Of a stretch of 64,000 bases of DNA, positions 1 through 10,172 are shown piece by piece. The notes under the pieces were generated by a model. That model was not told the origin of the DNA, searched no databases, and saw only the letters and a list, made by a program, of their open reading frames with translations. Source of the stretch: Verrucomicrobiia bacterium (lineage in GTDB: Bacteria; Verrucomicrobiota; Verrucomicrobiia; Palsa-1439). The stretch is taken from positions 233,236-297,235 of the forward strand of contig JAJVHY010000012.1 in assembly GCA_022072455.1 (NCBI GenBank). The letters are read 5' to 3'. Every line of letters starts with the position of its first letter. Position 1 is the stretch's first letter. The translations under genes were made by a program, and so were the position numbers.

Positions 1-1773
1 CCAGCTCGGCGCGTTCTGCAACCGCACCGCCGGCACCCAGTCGCGGCCGAAGGCGATGCTGCCCCACGACTCGCCGGGCGCGAGTTTTTCCTGGCCGACG
101 TAATGCGCGAGACCGCCGCCGTTCACGCCGATGCAACCGGTCAACATCAACGCGTTGATCGCGGCGCGGTACATCAGGTTGCCGTGATACCAGTGATTGA
201 TGCCGGCCCCGATGATGACGGTGCATTTGCCGCCGGTCAGTTCCGCTGTGCGCGCCCATTCGCGGGCGAACCGGATCACCATGTCGCGGCTCATGCCGGT
301 GTATTTCTCCGACCAAGCCGGCGTGTACGGCGCTTCGGTGTCATAATCGAGGGCGACATCGCCCGGCAACCCGCGCGGCACGCCGTATTGCGCCATCAAC
401 AAATCATAAACGGTCGTGACCAACACCGTCTTGCCGTCCTTCGTCTGAAGGCGACGAACCGGTACGGTGCGTTGTAATTCGTTACCGGCGCCGAAATCGT
501 CCAACTGGACTTGCGCCACGTCATCGCGGGCGTCGAGAAAACTCAACGTCGGATCAATCTCGCTGCCGTCAACGGCGTCTTTTAGTTGGAGATTCCACTT
601 GCCGGGTTCTTTGCTCCAGCGCGCGCCGACGCTGCCTAACGGCATCTTCGGTTTCTTCGCCGTCGCGTCCCACATCAAAAATTGCCAGTCGCCGTTCTCG
701 ACATCCTTGTACGTTTCAAGTCGGTTGGCGCGGAGATATTGGCCGGGCCGGTACTGTCCGGCGGTGCTGCCGGGCGTCAGTTCCACCAGAATCGGTGAGT
801 CGGTGTATTTCTTGGCGTAATTGATGAAATACGGGACCGGCTTCTCGTGGTGAAATTCTTTCAGCAACACGTGATTGACCGCCATCCACCACGCGCCGTC
901 CTGGCCGGCATTGATCGCCACCCATTCGTCGGCGTACTTGGCGACCTGATTGAAATCGGGCGCGAACACCCACATCTTCGAGCCGTTGTGCCGCGCTTCG
1001 GCGGCGAAATGACAATCCGGCGTGCGCGTCATGTTGAGATTTGATCCCATGACGGCCAGCAGCTTGGCGTTGTACCAATCCGCGCTCTCGGCCACATCGG
1101 TCTGTTCGCCCCATGTCTCCGGCGAAGCCGGCGGCAAATCGCAGTACCAGTCGTAAAACGACAGGGAAATGCCGCCCATGAGTTGCAGCATCCGCGCGCC
1201 GGCGGCGTAGCTGATCATGGACATCGCCGGGATCGGCGAGAACCCGGCAATCCGATCCGGGCCGTGCTTCTTGATGGTGTAAATGTTCGCCGCCGCCATG
1301 AGTTCGAGCACCGTGTCCCAGTTGGTGCGACGGAAACCGCCTTTGCCGCGAGCGACTTGCCAGCGGGCGCGCGATTCGGGATTCTCAACGAGTGATTTCC
1401 AAGCGGCGACCGGGTCTTCATGTTCCGCACGGGCTTTGCTCCACAAATCCAACAACGCGCCCCGGATGTACGGGTATTTCACCCGCAACGGGCTGTACAG
1501 ATACCACGAAAACGAAATGCCGCGCTGGCAGCCGCGTGGTTCGTACGGCGGCAGGCCGGCTTCGAGGTCGGGATAATCCAGTTGCTGCATCTCCCAAGTG
1601 ACAATCCCCTCTTTGACGTAGATGGCCCAACTGCACCCGCCGGTGCAGTTCACGCCGTGCGTGCTGCGCACGACCTTGTCGTACTGCCAGCGGTTCCGGT
1701 AGAACTCCTCCCAACCGCGCAGCTTCGGGTCGCACTCGTCCTTGATCCAATTGACGGCATTTCTCAAACTCAT
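1..1773 (-). CDS. narG: respiratory nitrate reductase alpha subunit NarG, N-terminal ~590 codons; the 3' end runs off the window
   Basis: Minus-strand translation from the ATG at 1771-1773 stays open to position 1. It gives MSLRNAV...[29 protein letters not shown] (FS0 His/Cys cluster motif) and [21 protein letters not shown]...[16 protein letters not shown], which matches the NarG/type II DMSO-reductase family. The upstream stop overlaps the start as ATGA. Confidence 0.85.
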   Translation of the reverse strand, partial: MSLRNAVNWIKDECDPKLRGWEEFYRNRWQYDKVVRSTHGVNCTGGCSWAIYVKEGIVTWEMQQLDYPDLEAGLPPYEPRGCQRGISFSWYLYSPLRVKYPYIRGALLDLWSKARAEHEDPVAAWKSLVENPESRARWQVARGKGGFRRTNWDTVLELMAAANIYTIKKHGPDRIAGFSPIPAMSMISYAAGARMLQLMGGISLSFYDWYCDLPPASPETWGEQTDVAESADWYNAKLLAVMGSNLNMTRTPDCHFAAEARHNGSKMWVFAPDFNQVAKYADEWVAINAGQDGAWWMAVNHVLLKEFHHEKPVPYFINYAKKYTDSPILVELTPGSTAGQYRPGQYLRANRLETYKDVENGDWQFLMWDATAKKPKMPLGSVGARWSKEPGKWNLQLKDAVDGSEIDPTLSFLDARDDVAQVQLDDFGAGNELQRTVPVRRLQTKDGKTVLVTTVYDLLMAQYGVPRGLPGDVALDYDTEAPYTPAWSEKYTGMSRDMVIRFAREWARTAELTGGKCTVIIGAGINHWYHGNLMYRAAINALMLTGCIGVNGGGLAHYVGQEKLAPGESWGSIAFGRDWVPAVRLQNAPSW

Positions 1774-2612
1774 GACTTACCTCGTGAAGATTGTTCCTGC
1801 GTCAACGACCGGCGCACCCCGCGCAGCCGTCCGCGCCAAATCGTGTCCAACAACACCAACCCCAACACCGCGCCTCCCAGCCCGCACAACAGGAAATTCA
1901 ACTGCGACGCCGCCACGCGTTGCGTGCCGGCCATGGATTGTTTTTCGAAAAAAGCCACCAACGAGTGGATTTCCTTCTCATCGAGCGGATGCTTCTCATA
2001 CACCGCCCGCATCGTCACCGTGCCCGGCGCCGCCAACCACGCGCTCAACCCCGCCCGGCCTTGCAACCGCTCATAAACCCGCATCAAATCCGGCGCCAGT
2101 TTCCCGCCACCCAGCCCGCCGACACCAGCCGCCGAGTGACACGAAATGCACGCCGGCCCGCCGTTTTTCAGAGGTTGCGTCCCGCGAAACAGCGCCAGTC
2201 CCCGTTCCACGTCCACCGGTGTGAACGGCGCGGAGGAAACCTGCACGCCGCGAAACTGCGACACTTCCAACGCCGACTCCGCCTCAATCAAATCCAGCAA
2301 CAACCCCGCCCGTTCCGCCGAGATTCCCGGCGCCGGCGGCATCACCACGCCCCGCGCTTCCTCGACCAACTTCAACGCATACGGATCACCGGCGGTGATC
2401 TTCGACTGCGGATTCAGAATAAACGCCTGCAACCAGTCCCGGTCCTTGCGCTGCGTCACACCCTTCAGATCCGGCCCCGTCAACCGCCCACCGCCGATGG
2501 TGTGGCAGCTCACGCAGTTCTGCTTGAAATACGTCGCCGTATCCTGCGCCGTCACGTTCCCCGCGATCCCGGCCACCAGCGCCACCGTCACGGATAAAAT
2601 GATTCTCCTCAT
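1770..2612 (-). CDS. membrane-anchored diheme cytochrome c, NarC-like
   Basis: 281 aa with a signal peptide [15 protein letters not shown]. It has two CxxCH motifs (CVSCH, CISCH) and a C-terminal TM helix. Its stop overlaps the narG start (ATGA), as in Thermus narCGHJI. Confidence 0.8.
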   Translation of the reverse strand: MRRIILSVTVALVAGIAGNVTAQDTATYFKQNCVSCHTIGGGRLTGPDLKGVTQRKDRDWLQAFILNPQSKITAGDPYALKLVEEARGVVMPPAPGISAERAGLLLDLIEAESALEVSQFRGVQVSSAPFTPVDVERGLALFRGTQPLKNGGPACISCHSAAGVGGLGGGKLAPDLMRVYERLQGRAGLSAWLAAPGTVTMRAVYEKHPLDEKEIHSLVAFFEKQSMAGTQRVAASQLNFLLCGLGGAVLGLVLLDTIWRGRLRGVRRSLTQEQSSRGKS

Positions 2613-3088
2613 CGTTTTCCTCCTTTGACCGGCAATAATCCGGGTCGTCCGCCCTGCAACAGGCAATGCACTTTGCCTTGCAACTCCCGGCCTGGGCACG
2701 CCTGTGCCACAAAATCCGCCAGCGTCCAACTGGACAGCACCTTGATGATGGCCTGATGCAGTTCCGCGCCGGCCTGATGAAACGCGCAAGTCTTGGTAAG
2801 ATCGGGAGTGTCCTGACAGAAATCACCATGGATCGCGCCCTGACACGCCTCGACAACGGCGAGCAGCGTGATCTCTTTCGGCACGCGGTTGAGGGTCACG
2901 CCACCGGCTGGGCCGCGTTGCGCGCGGAGAATCCCGGCGCGGACCAGATGCCGGGAAATTTTGGTCAGATACGTGGGCGATTCCGCGAGCGACTCGGCGG
3001 CGAGTTTGAGCGACGCAAATGCGCCGGCCGCCTCGCGTTCGAGGTGCAGCAACAACCGCAGGGCGGTGACGGAAGTCTGAGTGAGCAT
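2609..3088 (-). CDS. Rrf2 family transcriptional regulator (NsrR/IscR-like)
   Basis: 159 aa. The N-terminal HTH LTQTSVTALRLLLHLER and a three-Cys cluster (CQGAIHGDFCQDTPDLTKTC) are typical of the Rrf2 family. Its stop overlaps the cytochrome c ATG (ATGA). Confidence 0.75.
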   Translation of the reverse strand: MLTQTSVTALRLLLHLEREAAGAFASLKLAAESLAESPTYLTKISRHLVRAGILRAQRGPAGGVTLNRVPKEITLLAVVEACQGAIHGDFCQDTPDLTKTCAFHQAGAELHQAIIKVLSSWTLADFVAQACPGRELQGKVHCLLQGGRPGLLPVKGGKR

Positions 3089-3103
3089 TGGTAATCTCGT
3101 CTA

Positions 3104-3159
3104 TTGCGGATAACTGTTATCGCTATTAGCTTGATTTCTCCGGCAACGCAAGCTAATAG
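3104..3159. promoter_or_regulatory. two adjacent palindromes in the divergent promoter region between the Rrf2-nar operon and the Moco genes
   Basis: A perfect 11-bp inverted repeat, CTATTAGCTTG (3123-3133) and CAAGCTAATAG (3149-3159), with a 15-nt spacer. An imperfect palindrome GCGGATAAC-T-GTTATCGC sits at 3104-3122. Confidence 0.4.
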
Positions 3160-3194
3160 TTTTCCGAAAGCCTGTTATTGTTTCAATCAACGCT

Positions 3195-3533
3195 ATGAAA
3201 ACCAACTCCGCTAAATCATCCCGGCGCCCCCCGCCGAAGCATTACCGGCAATTTAAGAAGCAATTCCCGGCCGTCGTCGAAGCCTACGAACGTCTCGGCG
3301 AAGCCTGCCACTGGCATGGCCCGCTCGAACCCAAGATGCGCGAGTTGGTCAAGATCGGCATCGCCATCGGCGCCGGACTGGAAACCGGCACGCGCGCCCA
3401 CACCCGACTCGCGCTCGACGCCGGCGCGACTCCTGAAGAAATCCGCCACGCCGCGTTGCTGGCCACCACCACCGTCGGTTTCCCCTCGATGATGCGCGCG
3501 ATGACGTGGGTCAACGATGTGCTGGAGAAGTGA
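3195..3533 (+). CDS. carboxymuconolactone decarboxylase (CMD)/AhpD-like family protein
   Basis: 112-aa ORF. The segment ELVKIGIAIGAGLETGTRAHTRLALDAGATPEEIRHAA is typical of the CMD/AhpD core. Confidence 0.6.
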   Translation: MKTNSAKSSRRPPPKHYRQFKKQFPAVVEAYERLGEACHWHGPLEPKMRELVKIGIAIGAGLETGTRAHTRLALDAGATPEEIRHAALLATTTVGFPSMMRAMTWVNDVLEK

Positions 3534-3997
3534 TGCCGGCCATTTGCCACCTCTACATTTCCCCCGGCCACAACTATCGCGGCCACCACGGCCAGCCGGC
3601 CGGGAAACATCCCGTCGTCGAAGTGGACAGCGTCGAATGCGTGGCCAGTCAGGGTCTCGTCGGTGACCGGTATTTTGCCGAAAAAGATGATTTCAAAGGC
3701 CAGATCACCTTCTTCGCCCTCGAAGTCCACCGGCAACTCTGCGAGAAGTTTGGCCAACCCGGAACGCCTCCGTCGGTCTATCGGCGCAACGTCATCACCG
3801 AAGGCGTCAACCTCACCACGCTCATCGGCCAGGAATTTGAACTACAAGGCGTCCGGTTCCTCGGCACGGAAGAATGCAAACCGTGTTACTGGATGGACCA
3901 AGCCGTCGCCCCCGGTGCCGAAGACGCCATGCAAGGCCGCGGCGGTCTCCGCGCCAAGATCCTCACCACCGGCACCCTCCACCGCGATGGCCACTGA
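3533..3997 (+). CDS. MOSC domain-containing protein (YiiM-like)
   Basis: MPAICHLYISPGHNYRGHHGQP...ITEGVNLT...KPCYWMD resembles the MOSC beta-barrel. The start overlaps the previous stop (TGATG). Confidence 0.6.
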   Translation: MPAICHLYISPGHNYRGHHGQPAGKHPVVEVDSVECVASQGLVGDRYFAEKDDFKGQITFFALEVHRQLCEKFGQPGTPPSVYRRNVITEGVNLTTLIGQEFELQGVRFLGTEECKPCYWMDQAVAPGAEDAMQGRGGLRAKILTTGTLHRDGH

Positions 3998-4967
3998 TCA
4001 ACACGGCCGCACCATCAACTACCTGCGCGTGTCGCTGACCGACGCCTGCAACCTGCGCTGTGTCTATTGCATGCCGGAACACATGACCTTCCGCCCCGGC
4101 AGCGCCCTGCTCCAAGACGACGAACTCCTCATGCTCATCGGCCTGTTCGCCGAACTCGGCTTCGAGAAAATCCGCTTCACTGGCGGCGAACCAACGTTGC
4201 GCCGTAACCTCGTCGAACTCATCCGCACCACCGCCAATACGCCCGGCATTAAGTCCGTCGGCCTCACCACCAACGGCATCCTCCTCGACTATCTCGCTCG
4301 GCCGCTCCGCGACGCCGGCCTCGACCGCGTCAACGTCAGCCTCGACACATTGGACGAAGCGCGCTTCCGTCAAATCACCCGGTGGGGCAACCTACGCGAC
4401 GTGCTGGCCGGTATCGAAGCCGCCGAACGCGCCGGGTTGCGCATCAAGATCAACGCTGTCCCCGTTCACGGTTTCAACGACAACGGCGACGCTGCCGAAC
4501 TGGCCCGTCTCACACTTGATCGGAATTGGCAGGTGCGGTTCATTGAAATGATGCCCTTGGGCGGCATCGCGCAGTTCCAACAAGCCAACGTCATCACCGA
4601 AGCCCAACTCCGCCAGCGCATTGACACCGCACTCGGCCCGCTTGCCCCCGAGAACAACGGCCAACTCGACGGCGAAGCCCGTGTCTACCGGCTCAAGGGC
4701 GCGAAAGGTACGGTCGGCTTCATTAGTCCCGTCAGCAATCCATTCTGCGCCGGCTGCAACCGGCTGCGCCTCCTGGCCGACGGCATCTTGCGCCTTTGCT
4801 TGCTGCGCGAGAACGAAGTGGACTTGGGAAAGCCGCTCCGTGCCGGTTGGAGTCGCGACCGGCTTAGCAAACTCATCCGCGAGTCTGTCCACCAGAAACC
4901 GTGGGGACACGGCCTCGCCGACAACTCAATCGCCCTCAACCGCGCCATGTCGGAGATCGGCGGCTGA
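3988..4967 (+). CDS. moaA: GTP 3',8-cyclase MoaA (molybdenum cofactor biosynthesis, radical SAM)
   Basis: Has the CNLRCVYC radical-SAM motif, the FTGGEPTLR motif, and a C-terminal CAGCNRLRL second cluster. It overlaps the MOSC gene by 10 nt. Confidence 0.9.
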
Positions 4968-5168
4968 TTTCTGTTGCCCAAGCTGCGCCTTGGCCGCCGC
5001 AGTCATGACGGAGGAGGCTTGCCGGTGCCGCGCTTGCCGGATAGACTGCCGTCACCGAAAGGAAGATTTGATCGAAACCAAGAACCATTAACTGAAAATT
5101 TAATTCGCGTAGCTTCGGCTGCTGTTCTCCACGAAACGGACAATTTCGACTTCAAGGACGGCGCTCGA

Positions 5169-5193
5169 AGACACGCCCCGCAAGGGCGTGTCT
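5169..5193. terminator. perfect 10-bp stem hairpin AGACACGCCC-cgcaa-GGGCGTGTCT downstream of moaA
   Basis: Seen directly in the sequence. There is no U-tract after it, so it may be Rho-dependent, or a junction element of the inserted R-M island. Confidence 0.35.
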
Positions 5194-5392
5194 GAAAGCG
5201 TTCCTTGAAGGGCATGTCCGTGCCTGTGGAGGAGCGTGAGTAGGTCACGCCCCTTCGTTTTTTAGGCACGAGCATCCTTTCAGGGAAGCCATCCGCAGAC
5301 AGGGCTAAGCACGCAACCCCAAGCCCATGTCTGCAAACGTCAGAGTTGTCTGCGTGTTGCCGGTCGTGTGGGCATCGAGGCGTTAGCCGGCG

Positions 5393-6973
5393 ATGCCCAC
5401 GTTGCACTGGCACAAACGCGAGGAAGCGGTGCGGGCGGCGACTCGTGCGCCGTACCGGCTGCTGGAAGCATTGCCGGAGTTGTCGTATGGCGACGCGGCG
5501 AGCGAGAACCTGCTGATTCAGGGCGACAACCTCGACGCTCTCAAAGCTCTGTTGCCGTACTATGCCGGGCGCGTCAAATGCGCCGCGATTGATCCGCCGT
5601 ACAACACCCAGAGCGCGTTTGCACAGTACGACGACAACCTGGAGCATTCGATCTGGCTCTCCACGATGTACCCGCGCCTCGAACTACTCCGCGACCTGCT
5701 CGCCGATGACGGCTCGATCTGGGTTTGCATGGATGACAACGAAGCGCACTATCTGAAAGTTGTCATGGACGAGGTCTTTGGCCGAAAGAATTTCGTCGCT
5801 AATGTGGTGTGGCAGAAAAAATCTTCGCCACAAAGCAATGCGACTTGGCTCTCCGACAGTCACGACCACGTCTTGTGTTACGCCAACAACAAGGAAATCT
5901 GGCGGCCAAACAAGCTGCCACGAACGGAAGACCAAAACGCAATCTACAAGCACTCCGACGAATTTGACGGTATCAATTCCGACGGCAGCTTCTATGGCCG
6001 AGGGCCTTGGTTTCCCGGTGACTTCACGTTGAGTCTCGCATCTGGGCAACGCGGGAAGCAGTTCGCAAAGACCGGTGAGAGTGCGAACATTTATCCCATC
6101 ACGACTCCTTCAGGCAGAGAGGTTCTTCCCGCAAAAGGACGCGCTTGGGCATATACGCAAGAATCGTTTGCGCGACTTCTGCGCGAACATCGCGTCTTTT
6201 TCGGTCAGCGCGGGAGCAACAAGCCGTGCATTAAGCGCTTCTTGACCGAGATACAAGATCGCGGAGTTGTACCCATGACTACATGGCATTACTCCGAAGT
6301 GGGTGAGAACCGCATCGCCATGCAGGAAGTCAAACAGTTCGATGAGAATAGCCCATTTGCCACACCGAAACCAGAAGCGCTCCTTATGCGCATTGTCACC
6401 ATCGGCACAAATCCCGGCGACATCGTGCTCGATTCGTTTCTCGGTTCCGGCACGACGTCGGCGGTAGCGCACAAGATGGGGCGGCGGTGGATCGGGATTG
6501 AGTTGGGCGAACACGCGGTGACGCATTGTGTGCCACGCTTGAAAAAAGTCGTGGATGGTGAGCAAGGTGGCATTTCGGAGGCGGTCGGTTGGAAGGGCGG
6601 CGGCGGATTCCGGTTTTGCCGGCTCGGCCCGCCGATCTTTGACGAGAACGCGCATATCAATCAGAGCATCCGGTTCCCGGTGTTGGCGGCGCACGTTTGG
6701 TTTTCGGAGACGCACACGCCGCTGGTGAAAGCGGGCAAGTCGCCGTTGCTGGGCGTTCACAAGGAAACCGCATACTACCTGTTGTTCAACGGCATTCTTG
6801 GCGACCAGAGCAGGGATGGCGGGAACGTGCTGACCGGTAAGTTGCTGGCGAAGTTGCCGAAACACAACGGGCCGAAGGTGATTTACGGAGAATGCACCAG
6901 TTTGGGCGAGGATCGGTTGCGGCGCGAGCAGGTCGCCTTCAAACAGATCCCCTACGACGTGAAACACCGGTGA
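5393..6973 (+). CDS. mod: type III restriction-modification system methyltransferase (Mod), N6-adenine
   Basis: Has the DPPYN catalytic motif and the FLGSGTT AdoMet motif. It is followed by res. GC is about 55-58%, lower than the genome background. Confidence 0.85.
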   Translation: MPTLHWHKREEAVRAATRAPYRLLEALPELSYGDAASENLLIQGDNLDALKALLPYYAGRVKCAAIDPPYNTQSAFAQYDDNLEHSIWLSTMYPRLELLRDLLADDGSIWVCMDDNEAHYLKVVMDEVFGRKNFVANVVWQKKSSPQSNATWLSDSHDHVLCYANNKEIWRPNKLPRTEDQNAIYKHSDEFDGINSDGSFYGRGPWFPGDFTLSLASGQRGKQFAKTGESANIYPITTPSGREVLPAKGRAWAYTQESFARLLREHRVFFGQRGSNKPCIKRFLTEIQDRGVVPMTTWHYSEVGENRIAMQEVKQFDENSPFATPKPEALLMRIVTIGTNPGDIVLDSFLGSGTTSAVAHKMGRRWIGIELGEHAVTHCVPRLKKVVDGEQGGISEAVGWKGGGGFRFCRLGPPIFDENAHINQSIRFPVLAAHVWFSETHTPLVKAGKSPLLGVHKETAYYLLFNGILGDQSRDGGNVLTGKLLAKLPKHNGPKVIYGECTSLGEDRLRREQVAFKQIPYDVKHR

Positions 6974-6985
6974 GGCTGACCAATC

Positions 6986-9574
6986 ATGTTTGAACCAAAA
7001 CCGTATCAGAAGACAACGATTGCCAAGCTTGCGGAGTTTCTGGACGCCGCCCGGTTTGGCGACGCGAAGGAAGCGTTCAACGGCATTCCCCGGCTCGTGC
7101 CCGACGAGTGGCGCAAGGGATATGTGCCGTTGCCGAAGCTGCCGGAGACGCCGTATGTCTGCCTGCGGTTGCCGACGGGCGGCGGCAAGACGTTCCTGGC
7201 GGCGCAAGTGGTGAAGGTGGCGGCGAAGTATCTGAAGCGGGAGAAGAATCCGCTCGTGCTCTGGCTCGTGCCCTCGGATGCGATTCGCCAGCAGACGTTG
7301 GAGACGTTGCACAATCCAACGCATCCGAACCGGGTGCAGCTTGACGCGGATTTCGAGGGCCGGCTGCGCATTGTGGACATCGCGGATTTCAGTTTGTTGA
7401 CGCCACAGGATTACCGGGACAAGGCGTGCCTCATCATCGGGACGTTCGCCGCGCTGCGGGTGAAAAGCACTACCGGGCGCAAAGTGTACGACCATCGCGA
7501 AGATTTAGAACCGCATTTTGCCAGCGTGCCGGCGAACACGCCGGGGCTGGATTGCCAGACAGAAGGCGCGGACCAGGGCAAGATCAAGTATTCCTTCGCC
7601 AACATTCTGGCATTGCTCCATCCGCTGGTGATTATCGACGAAGCGCACAACATGGACACGCCCTTAAGCGAGGAAGTCTTGCAGCGGGTCAACGCGGGGT
7701 GCGTGATTGAGTTCACCGCCACGCCGGCCATTGACAGCAATGTGCTGCATTTCGTCTCGGCGTCCGTCTTGAAAGCCGAGAAGATGATCAAGCTGCCGAT
7801 CATCCTGACCGAGCACCCCACGTGGCAGGAGGCGTTGACGGATGCGGTATTGCGGCGCGAGAAGCTGGCTGAACCGGCCCGGAAAGAACCGGACTTTCTG
7901 CGTCCGATTGTGTTGATTCAGGCGGAGAGCAAAGAGAAAGAGGTCACGGTCAAGGTGGTCACAGATTATCTTGTCGAGCATGAGAAGATTGACCGGGAGA
8001 GGATCGCCATCGCGACCGGTAATCAACGGGAGTTGGATGGAATCAACCTGTTCGACCCGGCGTGCCAGGTGGAGTTCGTCATCACGGTGCAGGCATTGAA
8101 AGAAGGCTGGGATTGTTCGTTTGCGTATGTGTTTTGCTCACTGGCCACCGTTCACAACAAAAAGGACGTGGAACAGTTGCTTGGGCGGGTTTTGCGGATG
8201 CCGTACGCGAAAGAGCGCGCGAACAAGGAATTGGAACGCGCCTACGCGCATGTGTCAAAAACCAGTTGGCCACTGGCCATCAATCAAATGCACGACCGGT
8301 TGGTCAGCATGGGGTTTGATGAAGTCGAAGCCGCCAAGTATGTCCAACAGGAAGCGCAGCCGCCGTTGATTTCGCCGTCGTCCGTTCCGAAACAACTGAC
8401 GTGGATGATGCGCGAAGCGCCGCAACTCGCGGGGCTGCCGGAGGACGTCCGGTCGAACGTGAGCGTCACCACTACCGCCACCGGGACGTACGAGGTCACG
8501 CTTCACGGCGTGATGACGGCAGAAGCGGAAGCCAAGCTGGTCGCGGCCATGCCGACGGAAGAGCGGGAGGCCGTTCGCCAGACCTTGGCCGCGCGCCGCG
8601 AACAGATTTTGGAGAAGCCACCGGAGCCGGTGATCACAACGCCATTTCGCGTGCCTCAGTTGTGCGTCTGGGTGGACGGCGAACTGGAACTGGTCAATGA
8701 TGAGCATTTTCTGACGCCAAGCAGTTGGAGTTTGTTGGATTATCCGGCCGAGTTGAGCGAGGCCGAGTTTAAGATTGAGGAGCGGTCGGACAGCTACCTG
8801 ATCGATATTCAAGGCCGGCGCTTGGTGGAGCGCCATCTCGGCAGCCAGTCCGCGTTGGCGTTTGACGATGTGCCGACGAATGTGACCGATTTACAGTTGT
8901 CCCGCGAGTTGGAAAAGGAGTTGCGCCGGCCTGGTATCCGCCCGGAAATGCTGCTCGAATTCATCCGCCGGACGGTGCGCTGGCTGGTGGACAGTCGGAA
9001 GATGAGTGTTACGACCCTCATGCGCGCGCAGTTTGGGTTGGCGAAGGTGTTGGCTGCAAAGATCGAGGCGTACCGGCAGAAAGCGCTCGACGCCGGGTAT
9101 CAACTGCGCCTATTCGCAGAAACGGCGCAAGTCGAAACGAGCTACAAGTACGAGTTTGTCTTCCCGGAGGATTACCCGGCGACAACTTTCTACAAGGGCG
9201 GGTTCAAGTTTCCCAAACATCTCTACGGTGAAGATTTTGTTGGCGAATTCGACACGACGCCGGAGTTTGAATGCGCGAAGGCTCTGGAAATGTGCCCGCA
9301 GGTGAAACGTTGGGTGCGCAACGTCGTCGGACTGTTCCCGCTTCCGTTGGCGAAGGGCAATTTTTATCCCGACTTTGTCGCTGAGTTGGTGGATGGCCGC
9401 ATGTTGGTCGTTGAATATAAAGGCGAACACCTGATCGAGCACGAGCAGCAGAAGAAAAACATCGGCGAGCGATGGGAAGGCAAGAGCGGCGGCAAGGCCT
9501 TGTTTCTGTGGGCGGTCAAGAAAGACGCCCACGGCCGGGATGTGAGCCGGCAATTACAGGACAAGGTCAAATAG
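6986..9574 (+). CDS. res: type III restriction endonuclease Res subunit (SF2 helicase-like)
   Basis: Has a PTGGGKT Walker A motif and an IIDEAHN DEAH box. Its size of 862 aa and its position 13 nt after mod fit Res. Confidence 0.85.
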   Translation: MFEPKPYQKTTIAKLAEFLDAARFGDAKEAFNGIPRLVPDEWRKGYVPLPKLPETPYVCLRLPTGGGKTFLAAQVVKVAAKYLKREKNPLVLWLVPSDAIRQQTLETLHNPTHPNRVQLDADFEGRLRIVDIADFSLLTPQDYRDKACLIIGTFAALRVKSTTGRKVYDHREDLEPHFASVPANTPGLDCQTEGADQGKIKYSFANILALLHPLVIIDEAHNMDTPLSEEVLQRVNAGCVIEFTATPAIDSNVLHFVSASVLKAEKMIKLPIILTEHPTWQEALTDAVLRREKLAEPARKEPDFLRPIVLIQAESKEKEVTVKVVTDYLVEHEKIDRERIAIATGNQRELDGINLFDPACQVEFVITVQALKEGWDCSFAYVFCSLATVHNKKDVEQLLGRVLRMPYAKERANKELERAYAHVSKTSWPLAINQMHDRLVSMGFDEVEAAKYVQQEAQPPLISPSSVPKQLTWMMREAPQLAGLPEDVRSNVSVTTTATGTYEVTLHGVMTAEAEAKLVAAMPTEEREAVRQTLAARREQILEKPPEPVITTPFRVPQLCVWVDGELELVNDEHFLTPSSWSLLDYPAELSEAEFKIEERSDSYLIDIQGRRLVERHLGSQSALAFDDVPTNVTDLQLSRELEKELRRPGIRPEMLLEFIRRTVRWLVDSRKMSVTTLMRAQFGLAKVLAAKIEAYRQKALDAGYQLRLFAETAQVETSYKYEFVFPEDYPATTFYKGGFKFPKHLYGEDFVGEFDTTPEFECAKALEMCPQVKRWVRNVVGLFPLPLAKGNFYPDFVAELVDGRMLVVEYKGEHLIEHEQQKKNIGERWEGKSGGKALFLWAVKKDAHGRDVSRQLQDKVK

Positions 9575-9676
9575 CCGCCGTCACCTCCATTGGTGTGCGT
9601 TTGTGGCTAAAATTCCTCTCGTCCGGAAAAATCCGTGTGCATCCGTGTCTATCTGTGGCTACATTGCCGGCCTCAC

Positions 9677-10172
9677 ATGGGCAAACAGACCAATATTTCC
9701 GTCGCTCAAGCCGAACGACTGATTCGTCGCGCGATGAAGCCGGCCGCGACCGTCACCGTCCCACTGGCCGACGCGGTCGGCGAAGTGCTGCGCGAACCAT
9801 TGCGCGCCGACCGACCCATGCCGCCGTTCGACCGCGTGATGATGGACGGCATCGCGTTCGCGTTCACGGCGTGGCAACGCGGCGGCCGGGAATTTCACAT
9901 CGAGGGGACTCAACCGGCCGGCAAGCCACCGCTCCGCCGGCGCAGTCCGGTGGGTTGCATCGAGGTGATGACCGGGGCCATGTTGCCGGACGGCTGCGAT
10001 TGCGTGGTCCCGGTTGAGGAACTCGAAACGCGGTCGGGTTGGGTGCGTGTTACCGGCAAGGTTTCGCGCGGACAATTCATTCACAAGACCGGCAGCGATG
10101 CGCAGCGCGGCAAAGTGCTCGTGCCGGCCGGCAAGGTGCTCGATGGGCCGACAATTGCCGTCGCGGCGTCCA
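9677..10172 (+). pseudogene. moeA: truncated moeA (molybdopterin molybdotransferase), N-terminal ~165 codons only
   Basis: ...PFDRVMMDGIAFAF...CIEVMTGAMLPDGCDCVVPVEEL...GPTIAVAAS matches the MoeA N-terminal domains. After codon 165 the frame enters unrelated low-GC sequence, where the LGIAEV...GDEL continuation should be. Confidence 0.7.

Noticed and set aside
1791-2597. 268-aa plus-strand ORF
   Set aside because: It is antisense to the diheme cytochrome c gene. It is Arg/Pro/His-rich with no motifs.
5393-6973. Phase-variable simple-sequence repeat in mod
   Set aside because: No homopolymer or short tandem repeat tract was seen in or upstream of the gene.
6110-7495. 461-aa minus-strand ORF
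   Set aside because: It is antisense to mod/res, which have clear DPPYN and DEAH motifs.
9575-9676. Moco riboswitch upstream of moeA
   Set aside because: The intergenic region is only ~100 nt, too short for the ~130-140-nt Moco RNA motif, and I could not recognise its conserved elements.
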